A stretch of DNA of 64,000 nt, from the IMG/VR virus record IMGVR_UViG_3300021959_007005; one strand, given 5' to 3'. Below are positions 19,085 to 30,044 of the stretch, one piece after another. Source of the stretch: a virus. Lineage: Duplodnaviria > Caudoviricetes. The first letter of the stretch is position 1. Each line of letters begins with the position of its first letter. The position numbers and the translations under genes were made by a program. Below the pieces are notes generated by a model. It had not been told where the DNA came from. It was given only the letters and a program-made list of their open reading frames with translations, and ran no database searches.

Positions 19085-19090
19085 AACTAT

Positions 19091-19765
19091 ATGTTAAAAA
19101 TCACATCACCTTATCAATATCAGGAATTAAAGCGTAAAAGTGTAGAAGGTAAACGCCTTTATGCAAACCCGTGGGGAGATCCTGTACCTAGTGTTACTAC
19201 CATTCTAGATAAAACAAAGCCACGTGAAAAACGTGAGGCGCTTAATAACTGGAAAAAACGGGTAGGCGAAAAGAAAGCACAGGAAATAACAACTGAAGCC
19301 GCGAATGTAGGCACAATCATGCATAACATGTTAGAGTCGTGGAGCCTTAATGAGGAATACACGGGCACTAATATGCTACAAGCCAAGATGATGGCAGACA
19401 CTGTTATTAAAAATGTAGAAGATGATATTGACGAAGTTTGGGGAAGTGAAGTAAACTTGTGTTATCCAGGACTATATGCAGGTACTACAGATTTAGTAGG
19501 TATATATAAAGGCCGTCCTACAATTATGGATTTCAAACAAACCAATCGTCCAAAGAAACGTGAATGGATTGATGATTATTTCATGCAAGCTGCCGCTTAT
19601 GGAATGGCACATAACGAATTATATGAAACTAAAATTGAAAATGCTGCTATCTTTATGTGTAGCAGAGATTGTGATTGGCAATTATGGGAAGTAGGGCCAG
19701 AAGAATTTAAACAATGGACAGAAAAATGGGCTTTACGGGTTGCAGAGTTTTATAATTTGTCATAA
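19091..19765 (+). CDS. PD-(D/E)xK exonuclease (Cas4/MGME1-like)
   Basis: PSVTTIL, GTIMH, YAGTTDL, IMDFKQT, Q..AY. Confidence 0.8.
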   Translation: MLKITSPYQYQELKRKSVEGKRLYANPWGDPVPSVTTILDKTKPREKREALNNWKKRVGEKKAQEITTEAANVGTIMHNMLESWSLNEEYTGTNMLQAKMMADTVIKNVEDDIDEVWGSEVNLCYPGLYAGTTDLVGIYKGRPTIMDFKQTNRPKKREWIDDYFMQAAAYGMAHNELYETKIENAAIFMCSRDCDWQLWEVGPEEFKQWTEKWALRVAEFYNLS

Positions 19766-19787
19766 ATATAGTATAGAGGAAAAATAG

Positions 19788-20447
19788 ATGGCAGATACAC
19801 GAATTAGTAAAATACAAGTACGACAAGGAAATTATTCAGACTTACCAGTTTTAGATGCAGGAGAGTTTGGGTATGCAAAAGATACTCGTCAACTTTATAT
19901 TGGTAATGACTCAGTGTCAATTGCTACTGGTAATGGTGTTTTAACTGCATTTACTGTACCAATTAGTTTAGGCAACCCAAGTTTAATAACAGTATATGTT
20001 GATGGAACCGCAATTTCAGCTGGAGATTATTCTGTTTCAGGAACTACCTTGACTTTTAATAGTGCACCAACAGGTGTAATTACTGCTAGATTTAATAATG
20101 AACTAGAAATATATAATAACGGTGTAAGACCAACGTCAGTATCGTTAGCAGCTAATGCTAGTGCCGCTGAAACTGGATTTCAGGTTGACACTACTACATA
20201 TAATGTAGTGATTATGAATTATACATTGGAAAGTACTAATGGCGTCAGAGTTGGTGAATTGCGTTTCGCAACAGATGTCAGTGCAAGTACTAGCACAATC
20301 GACGATGTTATGACGGAAACTGCCGCAGTAGGCATTACGTTTAGTGTAGACATTGCAACTGCAAATACTATGAAACTAAAATACACTGATGCTGATAATT
20401 TAATTTCAACCTTTAAATATACGTATAAACTTTGGAACAGCAATTAA
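19788..20447 (+). CDS. tail fibre/tail-associated protein (Mtd-N/hyaluronidase-N-like start)
   Basis: IQVRQG..LPVLDAGEFGYAKDTRQLYIGN. Confidence 0.65.
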   Translation: MADTRISKIQVRQGNYSDLPVLDAGEFGYAKDTRQLYIGNDSVSIATGNGVLTAFTVPISLGNPSLITVYVDGTAISAGDYSVSGTTLTFNSAPTGVITARFNNELEIYNNGVRPTSVSLAANASAAETGFQVDTTTYNVVIMNYTLESTNGVRVGELRFATDVSASTSTIDDVMTETAAVGITFSVDIATANTMKLKYTDADNLISTFKYTYKLWNSN

Positions 20448-20884
20448 ACCATAGAGCTTGGTTCGAATCCCCAAAAACTCGACTGAGTATGTGGAGACAA
20501 TTTAGGCAAAGTCTAGATACAAGCGATACTCATGAAGTATGTAATACAGTAATAACTTGGTGGAAAACTGCTCCTATTAGTAGTATGACCATCGACCCAG
20601 TAAACTGGTCAGCTTGGCCAACTCCCTGGGAGATGTTACATAGTGGAAATTTTTGTGAAAATAGTTTAGCATTAGGTATGAGTTATACGATTTATTATGC
20701 TAATCCAAATATTAAAAATGAACTATTGTACATAACTGACAGAAAAAATAGTAAGGAAATATTATGTTCGTTGATAGGGGATAAACACTTGCTTAACTAC
20801 GAACACGGCGTAATAAGTAGATTACCAGCCAGTGAAATTGATATAACAAATCAAATTAGTGTTGATGATATAGTTAATAGATGA
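20432..20884 (+). CDS. hypothetical protein, possible transglutaminase/papain-like fold
   Basis: WPTPWE..FCENSLALGM motif. Confidence 0.45.
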   Translation: MEQQLNHRAWFESPKTRLSMWRQFRQSLDTSDTHEVCNTVITWWKTAPISSMTIDPVNWSAWPTPWEMLHSGNFCENSLALGMSYTIYYANPNIKNELLYITDRKNSKEILCSLIGDKHLLNYEHGVISRLPASEIDITNQISVDDIVNR

Positions 20885-20934
20885 CGGCCAGTCAGGTAAG
20901 AATAATATATAAATGATAGATAGGATAGGAAAAC

Positions 20935-23244
20935 ATGAGTGAAATTCAAGTAACAAAACGAGACGGCACTAAAGACAAACTAGATTTAGAAAAATTACAC
21001 AAAGTAGTATTTCATGCCTGTGAAGGAATTAATAGCGTAAGTGCAAGCGAAGTAGAAATTAAAAGTCATTTACAATTTTACAATGGTATTACTAGCAGTG
21101 AAATTCAAGAAACTTTAATTAAAAGCGCCGCCGATTTGATTACTGAAGATACACCAAATTACCAATGGGTTGCTGGCAGACTTATAGTTTATCATTTACG
21201 TAAAATGGTATATGGACAATATGATCCGTGGCCATTAATTGATATTGTAAAACATAATACTGATAGTGGATTTTATGACAGTGAATTAATAACCAATTAT
21301 TCAGAATCTGAATGGCAAGAATTGGAAGATCATATTAAACATGATCGTGATGAAACAATGACATACGCTGCAATGGAGCAATGGAGAGGTAAATACCTAG
21401 TACAAAATCGTGTTACTGGTGTTATTCATGAAACTCCACAAGTGGCGTATATGTTAATTGCAGCAACTTTATTCGCAGACTATCCTGTGGAAACGAGAAT
21501 GAAATGGGTAAAAGGTTATTATGATAGCGTCTCAACTTTTGACATTAGTTTGCCTACTCCTGTTATGGCTGGCGTCAGAACTCCGCAGAGACAGTTCTCG
21601 AGCTGCGTCCTTATTGAAACTGGCGATAGTCTTGATAGCATCAATGCTACTACTAGCAGTATTGTTAAGTATGTTAGTCAAAAAGCAGGGATTGGTATCG
21701 GAGCAGGAAGTATACGAGCTCTCGGATCCCCCATACGTAAGGGTGACGCCTATCATACAGGAGTAGTGCCCTTCTACAAAATGTTTCAAAGTGCTACAAG
21801 ATCTTGTTCACAAGGTGGTGTACGAAACGGCGCTGCAACCTTATATTACCCTATATGGCATTATGAAGTAGAAGATTTACTTGTGCTAAAGAATAACAAA
21901 GGTACAGAAGAAAATCGAGTGCGTCATATGGACTATGGTGTGCAGTTTAGTAAATTGTTTTACGAAAGACTAATCAGCAACGGAAATATTACTTTGTTTA
22001 GTCCACATGATGTTCCAGGATTGTATGATGCTTTTTTTGCTGACCAAGATAAATTTCGTGAACTATATGAAGCAGCAGAACGTAAAACTAGCATCCGTAA
22101 AAAAGTAGTAAGCGCAACTGAACTATTCAGTAGTTTTATGGAAGAGCGTAAAAACACAGGACGCATTTACTTACAAAACGTAGATAACTCAAATGATCAT
22201 AGTAGTTTTAAAGCAGATATTGCACCAGTAAAACAAAGTAATCTATGTTGTGAAATTAATTTACCTACTAAGCCACTTAACGACTTCAATGACGAAGAAG
22301 GTGAGATTGCACTGTGTACACTGAGTGCAATTAATTGGGGCAATATGCGTAGTCCAGCAGATTTTGAAAAAGCATGTACATATGCAGTACGTGGTCTTGA
22401 TGCACTTTTAACATATCAGAATTATCCAGTTAAAGCAGCGGAACGAGCTACAATGGGAAGACGACCATTAGGCGTAGGTATTATTAACCTTGCGTATTGG
22501 ATGGCCAAGAATGATATGACTTATTCCAATCCAGACTTGGTTAAAATTGATGAGTATGCAGAAGCATGGAGTTACTATCTAATCAAAGCAAGTGCAGACC
22601 TAGCAGCAGAAAAAGGTGCATGTTTGTGGAATGACCAAACAAAATATAGTGATGGATTACTTCCCATTGACACATACAAAAGAGATGTTGATGATTTATG
22701 TGCGCCAGTAGAGCGTATGGACTGGGCAGGATTGCGTGAACAATTAAAAGAAACAGGCATTCGTAATAGTACACTGATGGCACTCATGCCCGCTGAAACA
22801 TCAGCACAAATTAGTAATGCTACAAACGGTATTGAACCGCCACGTAGCCTAGTAAGTGTCAAGCAAAGTAAACACGGTGTATTACGGCAAGTTGTTCCTG
22901 GCATTCATAAACTGAAAAACAAATATGAACTACTATGGGATCAGTCTAGTCCTGAAGGTTATATGAGTATCATGGCAATACTACAAAAGTATATTGATCA
23001 AGGAATTAGTGTTAATACAAGTTATAATCCTACATTTTTTGATGATGAGAAAATACCAATGAGTACAATGTTACAGCATTTAATGATATTTTACAAATAT
23101 GGTGGTAAACAATTATATTATTTCAATACTTACGATGGTCAAGGTGAAATAGATATTGACAAATTAAATGAATCTAGTAATATAACTATATCTAGTGAGC
23201 TAGAAATATTAGAAGAAGAAGACTGCGAAAGCTGTGTACTGTAA
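20935..23244 (+). CDS. nrdA: ribonucleotide reductase class Ia alpha subunit
   Basis: ATP cone VTKRDG, SSCVL, SNLCCE, ALCTL, MPAETS, C-terminal CESC. Confidence 0.97.
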   Translation: MSEIQVTKRDGTKDKLDLEKLHKVVFHACEGINSVSASEVEIKSHLQFYNGITSSEIQETLIKSAADLITEDTPNYQWVAGRLIVYHLRKMVYGQYDPWPLIDIVKHNTDSGFYDSELITNYSESEWQELEDHIKHDRDETMTYAAMEQWRGKYLVQNRVTGVIHETPQVAYMLIAATLFADYPVETRMKWVKGYYDSVSTFDISLPTPVMAGVRTPQRQFSSCVLIETGDSLDSINATTSSIVKYVSQKAGIGIGAGSIRALGSPIRKGDAYHTGVVPFYKMFQSATRSCSQGGVRNGAATLYYPIWHYEVEDLLVLKNNKGTEENRVRHMDYGVQFSKLFYERLISNGNITLFSPHDVPGLYDAFFADQDKFRELYEAAERKTSIRKKVVSATELFSSFMEERKNTGRIYLQNVDNSNDHSSFKADIAPVKQSNLCCEINLPTKPLNDFNDEEGEIALCTLSAINWGNMRSPADFEKACTYAVRGLDALLTYQNYPVKAAERATMGRRPLGVGIINLAYWMAKNDMTYSNPDLVKIDEYAEAWSYYLIKASADLAAEKGACLWNDQTKYSDGLLPIDTYKRDVDDLCAPVERMDWAGLREQLKETGIRNSTLMALMPAETSAQISNATNGIEPPRSLVSVKQSKHGVLRQVVPGIHKLKNKYELLWDQSSPEGYMSIMAILQKYIDQGISVNTSYNPTFFDDEKIPMSTMLQHLMIFYKYGGKQLYYFNTYDGQGEIDIDKLNESSNITISSELEILEEEDCESCVL

Positions 23245-23259
23245 TAAGAGAGAGAATTA

Positions 23260-24387
23260 ATGAGCGTACTAAATCAAAATCAACGAAATAAACACATGGA
23301 AAGTCTGATGTTTCTCGACCCAAACGGTGGGGTAGATATTCAGCGTTATGATACATTAAAGTATCGTCAGTTTGATAAATTAACTGACAAGCAGTTGGGA
23401 TTCTTTTGGCGTCCTGAAGAAGTGGATGTAACTAAGGACAGTAAAGACTTTAAAGCATTAACTGATCATGAACAGCATATTTTTAGTAGTAACTTAAAAC
23501 GGCAGATTCTATTAGATAGTGTACAAGGCCGAGCACCAGCTGACAGTTTTAATCCACTTGTTAGTTTACCTGAATTAGAGAATTGGGTAACAACATGGAC
23601 GTTCAATGAAACGATCCACAGTCGCAGTTACACACATATTATTCGTAATATCTACACTAATCCAAGTATCATCTTTGATGAAATGATGGACATTGCACCC
23701 ATTATGGATTGTGCAGGCGATATTAGTAAGCACTACGATGATCTTATTGAAATGGGTATGTGGTATAACCTATTAGGTGAAGGAACACATACAGTTAACG
23801 GTAAGAAAATTACAGTGGACAAATATGAACTTAAAAAACTAATCTGGAAAGCTATGATGAGTGTAAACATACTTGAAGGCGTTCGCTTTTATGTATCGTT
23901 TGCATGTAGTTGGGCATTTGCTGAACTTAAAAAGATGGAAGGCAATGCTAAGATTATTAAACTTATTTGTAGAGATGAGAATGTACACTTGGGTAGTACC
24001 CAAACGTTACTTAAACTGATGCCCAAAGATGATCCTGACTTTGCTCGTATCCAACAAGAAACTCAGGACGAAATGGTACAACTATTTGTAGATGCAGTAG
24101 ACCAAGAAAAGGCTTGGGCAGATTACTTGTTTAAAGATGGATCGATGATTGGTCTTAATGCACAACTTTTAGCTGAGTACGTAGAATGGATTGCAAACAA
24201 GCGTATGATTGCTGTTGGTTTACCGAGTCCGTATAAAGGGAGTAGTAACCCATTACCATGGACACAGAAATGGATTGCTGGTGCAGAAGTACAAGTGGCA
24301 CCACAAGAAACAGAAATTAGTAGCTATGTAATCGGCGGTACTAAACAAGATGTAAATGGAAGTACGTTTGCGGGTATGAAATTGTGA
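23260..24387 (+). CDS. nrdB: ribonucleotide reductase class Ia beta subunit
   Basis: FWRPEE, DSVQ, ETIHSRSY, EGVRFY, DENVH, APQETE. Confidence 0.97.
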   Translation: MSVLNQNQRNKHMESLMFLDPNGGVDIQRYDTLKYRQFDKLTDKQLGFFWRPEEVDVTKDSKDFKALTDHEQHIFSSNLKRQILLDSVQGRAPADSFNPLVSLPELENWVTTWTFNETIHSRSYTHIIRNIYTNPSIIFDEMMDIAPIMDCAGDISKHYDDLIEMGMWYNLLGEGTHTVNGKKITVDKYELKKLIWKAMMSVNILEGVRFYVSFACSWAFAELKKMEGNAKIIKLICRDENVHLGSTQTLLKLMPKDDPDFARIQQETQDEMVQLFVDAVDQEKAWADYLFKDGSMIGLNAQLLAEYVEWIANKRMIAVGLPSPYKGSSNPLPWTQKWIAGAEVQVAPQETEISSYVIGGTKQDVNGSTFAGMKL

Positions 24388-24662
24388 TAACTCTTTATAC
24401 TAAGCCGTTATGCCATTATTGTACAATGGCAAAAAACTACCTAAATCAGCACGGATTTAAATTTGAAGAAATCCGTGCTGATAATAATCCAGAAGTGAGA
24501 AACTTTCTAATAGAGAAAGGACATAAATCAATGCCGCAGATTTATCACAACGGAACATTATTAGTGTCTGGCGGGGGACAAGCACTTGTCCGACTTGATC
24601 CAGGATATGTAAGAAAATTAATAGGAGATGAACAAATAGATGTTAGTGACTTCAAACTTTAA
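24384..24662 (+). CDS. glutaredoxin
   Basis: CHYC, MPQIY; GTG start coupled to nrdB. Confidence 0.85.
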   Translation: MITLYTKPLCHYCTMAKNYLNQHGFKFEEIRADNNPEVRNFLIEKGHKSMPQIYHNGTLLVSGGGQALVRLDPGYVRKLIGDEQIDVSDFKL

Positions 24663-24963
24663 GAAAAATAATGCAATATCAATTAAACTTGGTACAGGAG
24701 AGGAAGTCGTAGCTAGATTTCATACAAGTACACGAGATGAACTCAAGGTAACCAAAGCAAAAGTACTGACTTTAAATCCACAAACTGGTGCTGCAATGCT
24801 TATACCTTGGTTAATGAGTACTGATGCAGAAAATAATGATGTTGTTACGATTAATAATGCACAAGTTGTTGCACTTGCAAAGCCTAGTGAAGGACTTGCG
24901 ACTAGTTATATTAACAGTACTAGTTCAGTTAAAATGCAAGAGAAATCTACTCTACTAATTTAA
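24640..24963 (+). CDS. Sm-like-fold conserved phage protein
   Basis: IKLGTGEEVVARF..PWL..SYINST pattern. Confidence 0.5.
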   Translation: MLVTSNFKKNNAISIKLGTGEEVVARFHTSTRDELKVTKAKVLTLNPQTGAAMLIPWLMSTDAENNDVVTINNAQVVALAKPSEGLATSYINSTSSVKMQEKSTLLI

Positions 24964-24974
24964 TAAATACTGGT

Positions 24975-25274
24975 ATGACAAATTATGTACACCGAAATAA
25001 TGACGCACGAGCTTGTGGTGCTAGAACAGTAGCTACAAGTCCAAATGTTAGAGTAAATTACGAGCCAATAAGCACACAAGGTAACCCTAATACCCATGGT
25101 GGCGGTGCATTAAAAGCCACGGAAACATTAGGAAAAGTTAGGGCAAATAACATTTCAGTTATAATCCTTAATGATCCAGCTAGTCCAGACTCATTATGTC
25201 CGACGGCTGGCGGCGCTCATTGTGGACCAAAAGCATCTAGCGCAAGTCCAAATGTTAGAGCAGGGAGTGGTTAA
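24975..25274 (+). CDS. PAAR-like tail spike tip protein
   Basis: VHRNNDARACGA, SPNVRVN, HGGG, AHC..ASPNV. Confidence 0.75.
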   Translation: MTNYVHRNNDARACGARTVATSPNVRVNYEPISTQGNPNTHGGGALKATETLGKVRANNISVIILNDPASPDSLCPTAGGAHCGPKASSASPNVRAGSG

Positions 25275-27805
25275 TGGCATTAACAGATTTTACAAGTGGT
25301 TTACAAAGTGCTAGTGATTACCTCGATACTCGGCACCATTTAAGTGGAACAACTGCACTAGGAAGTGATGCACTTCGTGTAGTGGCAAATGCTGAATACA
25401 GTTTTTCTCTCAGAGAAATTTTGTGTGGAGTACTAGGCGGTAATGGCTTAAAAATGCCTAACTTGCAAATATGCATGAGTAGTAATATTAATGCATTATT
25501 AAACATACCAGGAATACAATCTGAATTATTCGACGCACTTAGTAATCTTGATTCGTCAATGAATAATTTTATGGAGCATACTAAACTTGATAGTGTGTTA
25601 GGAAGACTTAACGGTATATTAGCAGAAGCACAACAGGTCGCAAATTTAATTAATTTCTGTAGCGCACCAGTTGATCCAATTGCTATACCAAATATGTTAG
25701 AACGTGCATTTGGTAGTTTTCTTGGTGCTGGTAAATCAATTATTGACGATATTGGTTCTATTGCTCCTGAAAACGTGTGTGCATGTTTAAGTCTTGATGG
25801 TGGATTTAACGCCAATGTATTCAATGGCGGCGTACTAGGACGTATTGCAAACAATATTAACGATATTACTAGTGGAAATTTACTGCAAAGTGAACTAGAT
25901 GCAATCACAAATGATATTTCTAGTATTGGAGACGCAGTATCAGGTTTACTAGCATTTGAAAATAATATTAGCGGAAGTTATTCTAGTGGCGGAAGTCAAT
26001 TTGCCACACCAGACGGATCGTGTAATAGTGAAGTAGGTGTATTACATAATCCAACCAGTGGCAATATTGCAGATAATGCAAGACTTACGAGTAGTTTAAA
26101 GAGCTTATATGACAGAATGGCTGGATATCCAGTACAATATAGTTTAGGAGCAAGTACAGGCGGCAGCGGTACTGGACACCAATTTGATTCAAATGGTAAA
26201 CGTATTTTATCTGGTGATGTAGTTGAATATCCTAATATATTCCATTTATTACTTGATCCGGAAATGATTGCTCTATTAGATACATTAGATGATCCCCAAC
26301 CTGAAATTAATAACCAAGTACCAGTATATGACTACTGTGGGAATATAATTGGATATACTAGCAATTTAAGTCAGCGTGACTTAGATGAAAAAAGTCAAGG
26401 CACAAATCCATCTGTGCCAAATAGCCCAGGATATCTAGCAGGAGGATTACCAACAAGTACTTCTGGTACGACATCAACAGGTGGTGATGTCACTGTTATC
26501 AATAATTTTACCAGTGGTGGTGCTACGTTATATATTGTAAGCAGTGAAGCTGGACAACTTTCTTTGTCTGTTAATACCAATGATCTTGTAGTCAGATCTG
26601 ATCAGTTAGCAACATATGTTAGATTAGATACAGCAACATTTAATACTGGAACAATGGCTGATTATCAACCTAGTACACCAATATTAAATCCGTTTGTGGC
26701 AGATTTAAATACTACAAACAATAGTGGAATTATCATTAAAGATGGAAATACTAGTCGTGCAAGAGCATTAGAAGGCCAAGCTGGACAGATATCTATTGCC
26801 AACCCAACAGGACAAGGTGGTAATATAAAAGTTGAGATAGCTGAAAATGCAAGGATGCCAGGAACAGAAGCTATAAAAATACCAACTGGTTCAACAAGTC
26901 AACGTCCTAACACTGAAATCGGTGAAATAAGATATAATACAGATAGTGATAGAATTGAAGGATATTTTGGTGATACTAATTCTTGGAAAAGTATTGCGTT
27001 ACTTCCTGATATTGTAACAGCAAGTGTTAATAACGCAAACATTGGATCTGGTACTGGTATATTTAAACAAACTGCTGGAACAGTACAACAGTTTAAAAGT
27101 CTCACACCAGATGGTGCAATTACAATTGCAGATGGTGATCAAATTACCATTGGTGATAGTATTACTGCTAGTAATCAAGGATCTGGTGCTGGCGTATTTA
27201 AACAACGTAACGGGAATGATTTACAATTTAAATCATTAACAAGTACAGATAATAGTGTAGTGATTACAAATAATGCTGATACTATTGACGTAAGTGGAGA
27301 TCCAAATGTTCTTAAAGCGACACTTACTACTACAAACAATAACGTAACTGAAGTGTTATTTAATTCAGCGTCACTTAATATACCTACTGGAAAAACATGG
27401 TTATTTAATGCGTTAGTTTTAGCAAAAAATGGGACAGAAAATCAAGGTTGGAAACTTGAAGGTATGGTGCAGGATAACAGTGGAGCAGCGAGTCTAATTG
27501 GCAGTGTAAGTAAAGTGTATTATCAAAGAAATACTGCAGATGCGCAACCATTGGGAGTATGGGATGCAATGCAGACATATAATACAAGTGATTTAGTAGA
27601 ATATGATCTCAATGTATATCAAGCTAACACTGCGATTACTGGTGGTGGATTATCTCCTGATCAAGCAGGATCTAATTGGCAGGTAACATATACTGGTTGG
27701 AATGCTAGTGCAGATATAAATTCATCTGCTTTTAAAATAAGAGTTAAAGGAGAAATATCAACAACTGTAAACTGGAGCATACGATTAACGTATGTTGAGG
27801 CATAA
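25274..27805 (+). CDS. large virion protein (baseplate/tail fibre-like)
   Basis: 843 aa, G/S/T/N-rich; IKIPTGSTSQRP..GEIRYN repeat type; FKSL repeats; carbohydrate-binding-like W..Y...D.V.Y. Confidence 0.6.
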   Translation: MALTDFTSGLQSASDYLDTRHHLSGTTALGSDALRVVANAEYSFSLREILCGVLGGNGLKMPNLQICMSSNINALLNIPGIQSELFDALSNLDSSMNNFMEHTKLDSVLGRLNGILAEAQQVANLINFCSAPVDPIAIPNMLERAFGSFLGAGKSIIDDIGSIAPENVCACLSLDGGFNANVFNGGVLGRIANNINDITSGNLLQSELDAITNDISSIGDAVSGLLAFENNISGSYSSGGSQFATPDGSCNSEVGVLHNPTSGNIADNARLTSSLKSLYDRMAGYPVQYSLGASTGGSGTGHQFDSNGKRILSGDVVEYPNIFHLLLDPEMIALLDTLDDPQPEINNQVPVYDYCGNIIGYTSNLSQRDLDEKSQGTNPSVPNSPGYLAGGLPTSTSGTTSTGGDVTVINNFTSGGATLYIVSSEAGQLSLSVNTNDLVVRSDQLATYVRLDTATFNTGTMADYQPSTPILNPFVADLNTTNNSGIIIKDGNTSRARALEGQAGQISIANPTGQGGNIKVEIAENARMPGTEAIKIPTGSTSQRPNTEIGEIRYNTDSDRIEGYFGDTNSWKSIALLPDIVTASVNNANIGSGTGIFKQTAGTVQQFKSLTPDGAITIADGDQITIGDSITASNQGSGAGVFKQRNGNDLQFKSLTSTDNSVVITNNADTIDVSGDPNVLKATLTTTNNNVTEVLFNSASLNIPTGKTWLFNALVLAKNGTENQGWKLEGMVQDNSGAASLIGSVSKVYYQRNTADAQPLGVWDAMQTYNTSDLVEYDLNVYQANTAITGGGLSPDQAGSNWQVTYTGWNASADINSSAFKIRVKGEISTTVNWSIRLTYVEA

Positions 27806-27825
27806 TTAATAAAAAGTAAAACTTT

Positions 27826-27866
27826 TTACTTGACAAGTAAGTCGTCTTACCATAAACTTTTACTAT
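27826..27866 (+). promoter_or_regulatory. early promoter with palindrome centred on -35
   Basis: ttacttg-a-caagtaa (27826-40) contains TTGACA. Confidence 0.45.
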
Positions 27867-27927
27867 ATGGTTAGACGTCATGGCACATCTAAAATAGAAT
27901 ATTTTGGCATAAAGAAAGGCAAACAAA

Positions 27928-28215
27928 ATGAGGTCCAAAGATACTGGTGACGGTAGAAAAATTATAGCAAAGGTGGAAGTTCCACTAGGAGTAGATGATA
28001 TTGCAATATATGCATTACGTTACTTAACGGAGATGGAAGATAAAAAACCTTGCAAAACTGCTGATAGCAGTCAAAAACGTGAGATATTTAATATGGCGAA
28101 AACAGCTATACGAAATTGGGGGATAGAAGAACCCAAGATGTATATTACGAAAAACAATAAAGATTTACCGCATTTTCATGCTGTAATCAAAAATAAATTT
28201 CCGGAGTGTGATTAA
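27928..28215 (+). CDS. hypothetical protein
   Basis: 95 aa ORF with SD. Confidence 0.55.
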   Translation: MRSKDTGDGRKIIAKVEVPLGVDDIAIYALRYLTEMEDKKPCKTADSSQKREIFNMAKTAIRNWGIEEPKMYITKNNKDLPHFHAVIKNKFPECD

Positions 28216-28544
28216 TGGCTGATGATATTATTGACTTTAAATTTGAAAAAGCAAAGCGTAAGAGCGGAATAACTGATACAGCATTAATTAAGGATATGCT
28301 GGATAATGGTTATGATCCGTGTAATTCCATAGATGGAGTTAATTATTTTAACGAGCAGGAATTCAATGCAATGGTTCAAAATATGGAAACACCAGGAAGT
28401 ATACAAAACTGGTCTGATGAATCAATAAAACGATTGTTTAGAGATATCATGTCATCAGATCCTGAGAACATTCAAACTGAAACTGTGTCGTATACATTTG
28501 ATAGTAATGATTCTTACACATTTAATACAGACGATTATAATTAA
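28215..28544 (+). CDS. acidic hypothetical protein
   Basis: 109 aa, TAATG coupling. Confidence 0.55.
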   Translation: MADDIIDFKFEKAKRKSGITDTALIKDMLDNGYDPCNSIDGVNYFNEQEFNAMVQNMETPGSIQNWSDESIKRLFRDIMSSDPENIQTETVSYTFDSNDSYTFNTDDYN

Positions 28545-28759
28545 TGACACCAGTAGAAATGTTTGAATATAAACTAAATTGGAAACCAGGTTATAGTGTT
28601 AAATTACATAGTGACTGGGTTGACAAAGGTAAGACTTGGTGTCGAAAAAACTTAAAAAGGCATCAATGGAGTATGACACAATGGACTGACGTCTATGAGC
28701 ATACATTCCATTTTGAAGATCCAAGTGCTGGAAAAGAATTTAAAATAGATATGGCTTGA
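28544..28759 (+). CDS. hypothetical protein
   Basis: 71 aa, W-rich, coupled. Confidence 0.55.
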   Translation: MTPVEMFEYKLNWKPGYSVKLHSDWVDKGKTWCRKNLKRHQWSMTQWTDVYEHTFHFEDPSAGKEFKIDMA

Positions 28760-28809
28760 CAATGTATCCTTATTCCTATACGATATTCTAGTATAACAAG
28801 GAGAGTAAC

Positions 28810-28995
28810 ATGCAAACATATGACATAGACGGCTTAACCTATATGCAAATTGTAATGCTAGAGCATATGCAAGAATTAGAAACAGCAAAAGAATGTTCAG
28901 ATTTCATTGCTAGCCTAACTCCAGCACAGCTCAAAATGGCTAAGTGTTTGCAAACACTTCTAAAGCAAATATACTCAGAAGTAGAAGAATTGTAA
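28810..28995 (+). CDS. hypothetical protein
   Basis: SD AGGAG, own TTGACA promoter. Confidence 0.55.
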   Translation: MQTYDIDGLTYMQIVMLEHMQELETAKECSDFIASLTPAQLKMAKCLQTLLKQIYSEVEEL

Positions 28996-30044
28996 TGTCT
29001 AATCAAAACATACAGCGTATCGGATTTGCATGTAAATATATGCACCCGGACCAAACACAAAAACCTAAAATACTTAAAGAAATACAATCTCAGTATACTG
29101 AGCGTAGTACAACTATTACATGGCTTAACAGACAGACACGTGAGGTAGCTGAAGAACGTCTATATGAGATTGCATTTGATAATATTGCAAACTTAGAAAG
29201 GCTAGTCAGATATGTTGGATCTTTACCACCACAATTACGTATGGTACGTATTGGTAGTAATCTTTTACCTGCTTATACTCACCATGATTGGTCTTATTTT
29301 TATAGGCAAAGAAGTCTCCAAGAAAGGCTCGAGAAAGGATACTCAGCAATCGGCACTCTTGCTCGCGAGCTTGATGTACGCCTGTCTATGCACCCTGGTC
29401 AGTTTACTGTGCTGGCAAGTGATAGTCCTGATATTGTAAATAGAAGTATAGAGGAGTTTGAATACCATGCGGATATCATCAGGTGGATGGGCTACGGTCA
29501 AAAGTGGCAAGATTTCAAATGTAACGTCCACATCTCAGGACGCCAAGGTCCAGCCGGTATCAAAGCCGTCCTTCCGAGACTCTCTCCAGAAGCAAGAAAC
29601 TGTATTACTATCGAAAACGACGAAAACGCCTGGGGTCTCGAAGCTAGCTTAGAACTAGAAAAAGATGTTGCACTAGTTGTAGATATCCATCACCATTGGG
29701 TAAACAGTGGTGGCGAATATATATCTCCTACAGATGACCGTATCAAGCGTGTACGTGACAGTTGGCGTGGTGTACGTCCTACTATGCACTACAGCGTAAG
29801 CCGTGAAGACTTATTAGTAGATCATAATGCATCCATAAAGCCAGATTATCAACAGTTGCTAGAAGCAGGATATAAGAAAGCAAAGATGCGAGCACACAGT
29901 GATTACATGTGGAATACTGCGGTTAACGATTGGGCCTTAAGTTTCTGGAACGACTTTGATATTATGGTCGAGGCTAAACACAAAAACTTAGCCAGTAATC
30001 AATTATTCAAACAATCTCAAATAAAAAGTAGTCTAGCGGCATAA
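28995..30044 (+). CDS. uvsE: UV damage endonuclease
   Basis: RIGFACKY, RLSMHPGQF, TIENDE, DIHHHW, MHYS, RAHSD, MVEAK; start moved to 28995. Confidence 0.92.
   Translation: MSNQNIQRIGFACKYMHPDQTQKPKILKEIQSQYTERSTTITWLNRQTREVAEERLYEIAFDNIANLERLVRYVGSLPPQLRMVRIGSNLLPAYTHHDWSYFYRQRSLQERLEKGYSAIGTLARELDVRLSMHPGQFTVLASDSPDIVNRSIEEFEYHADIIRWMGYGQKWQDFKCNVHISGRQGPAGIKAVLPRLSPEARNCITIENDENAWGLEASLELEKDVALVVDIHHHWVNSGGEYISPTDDRIKRVRDSWRGVRPTMHYSVSREDLLVDHNASIKPDYQQLLEAGYKKAKMRAHSDYMWNTAVNDWALSFWNDFDIMVEAKHKNLASNQLFKQSQIKSSLAA

Noticed and set aside
19091-19765. Cas4-like nuclease as sign of a CRISPR system
   Set aside because: No array, no other cas genes, no four-Cys Fe-S motif; standalone PD-(D/E)xK nucleases are common in phages.
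20458-20472. GGTTCGAATCC T-loop-like string
   Set aside because: Inside a CDS (codes WFESP); no acceptor, D or anticodon arms around it. No tRNA gene was found in the window.
2590-24387. Inteins or introns in helicases, primase, nrdA, nrdB
   Set aside because: Lengths are normal and motifs contiguous; no splicing motifs or homing endonuclease seen.
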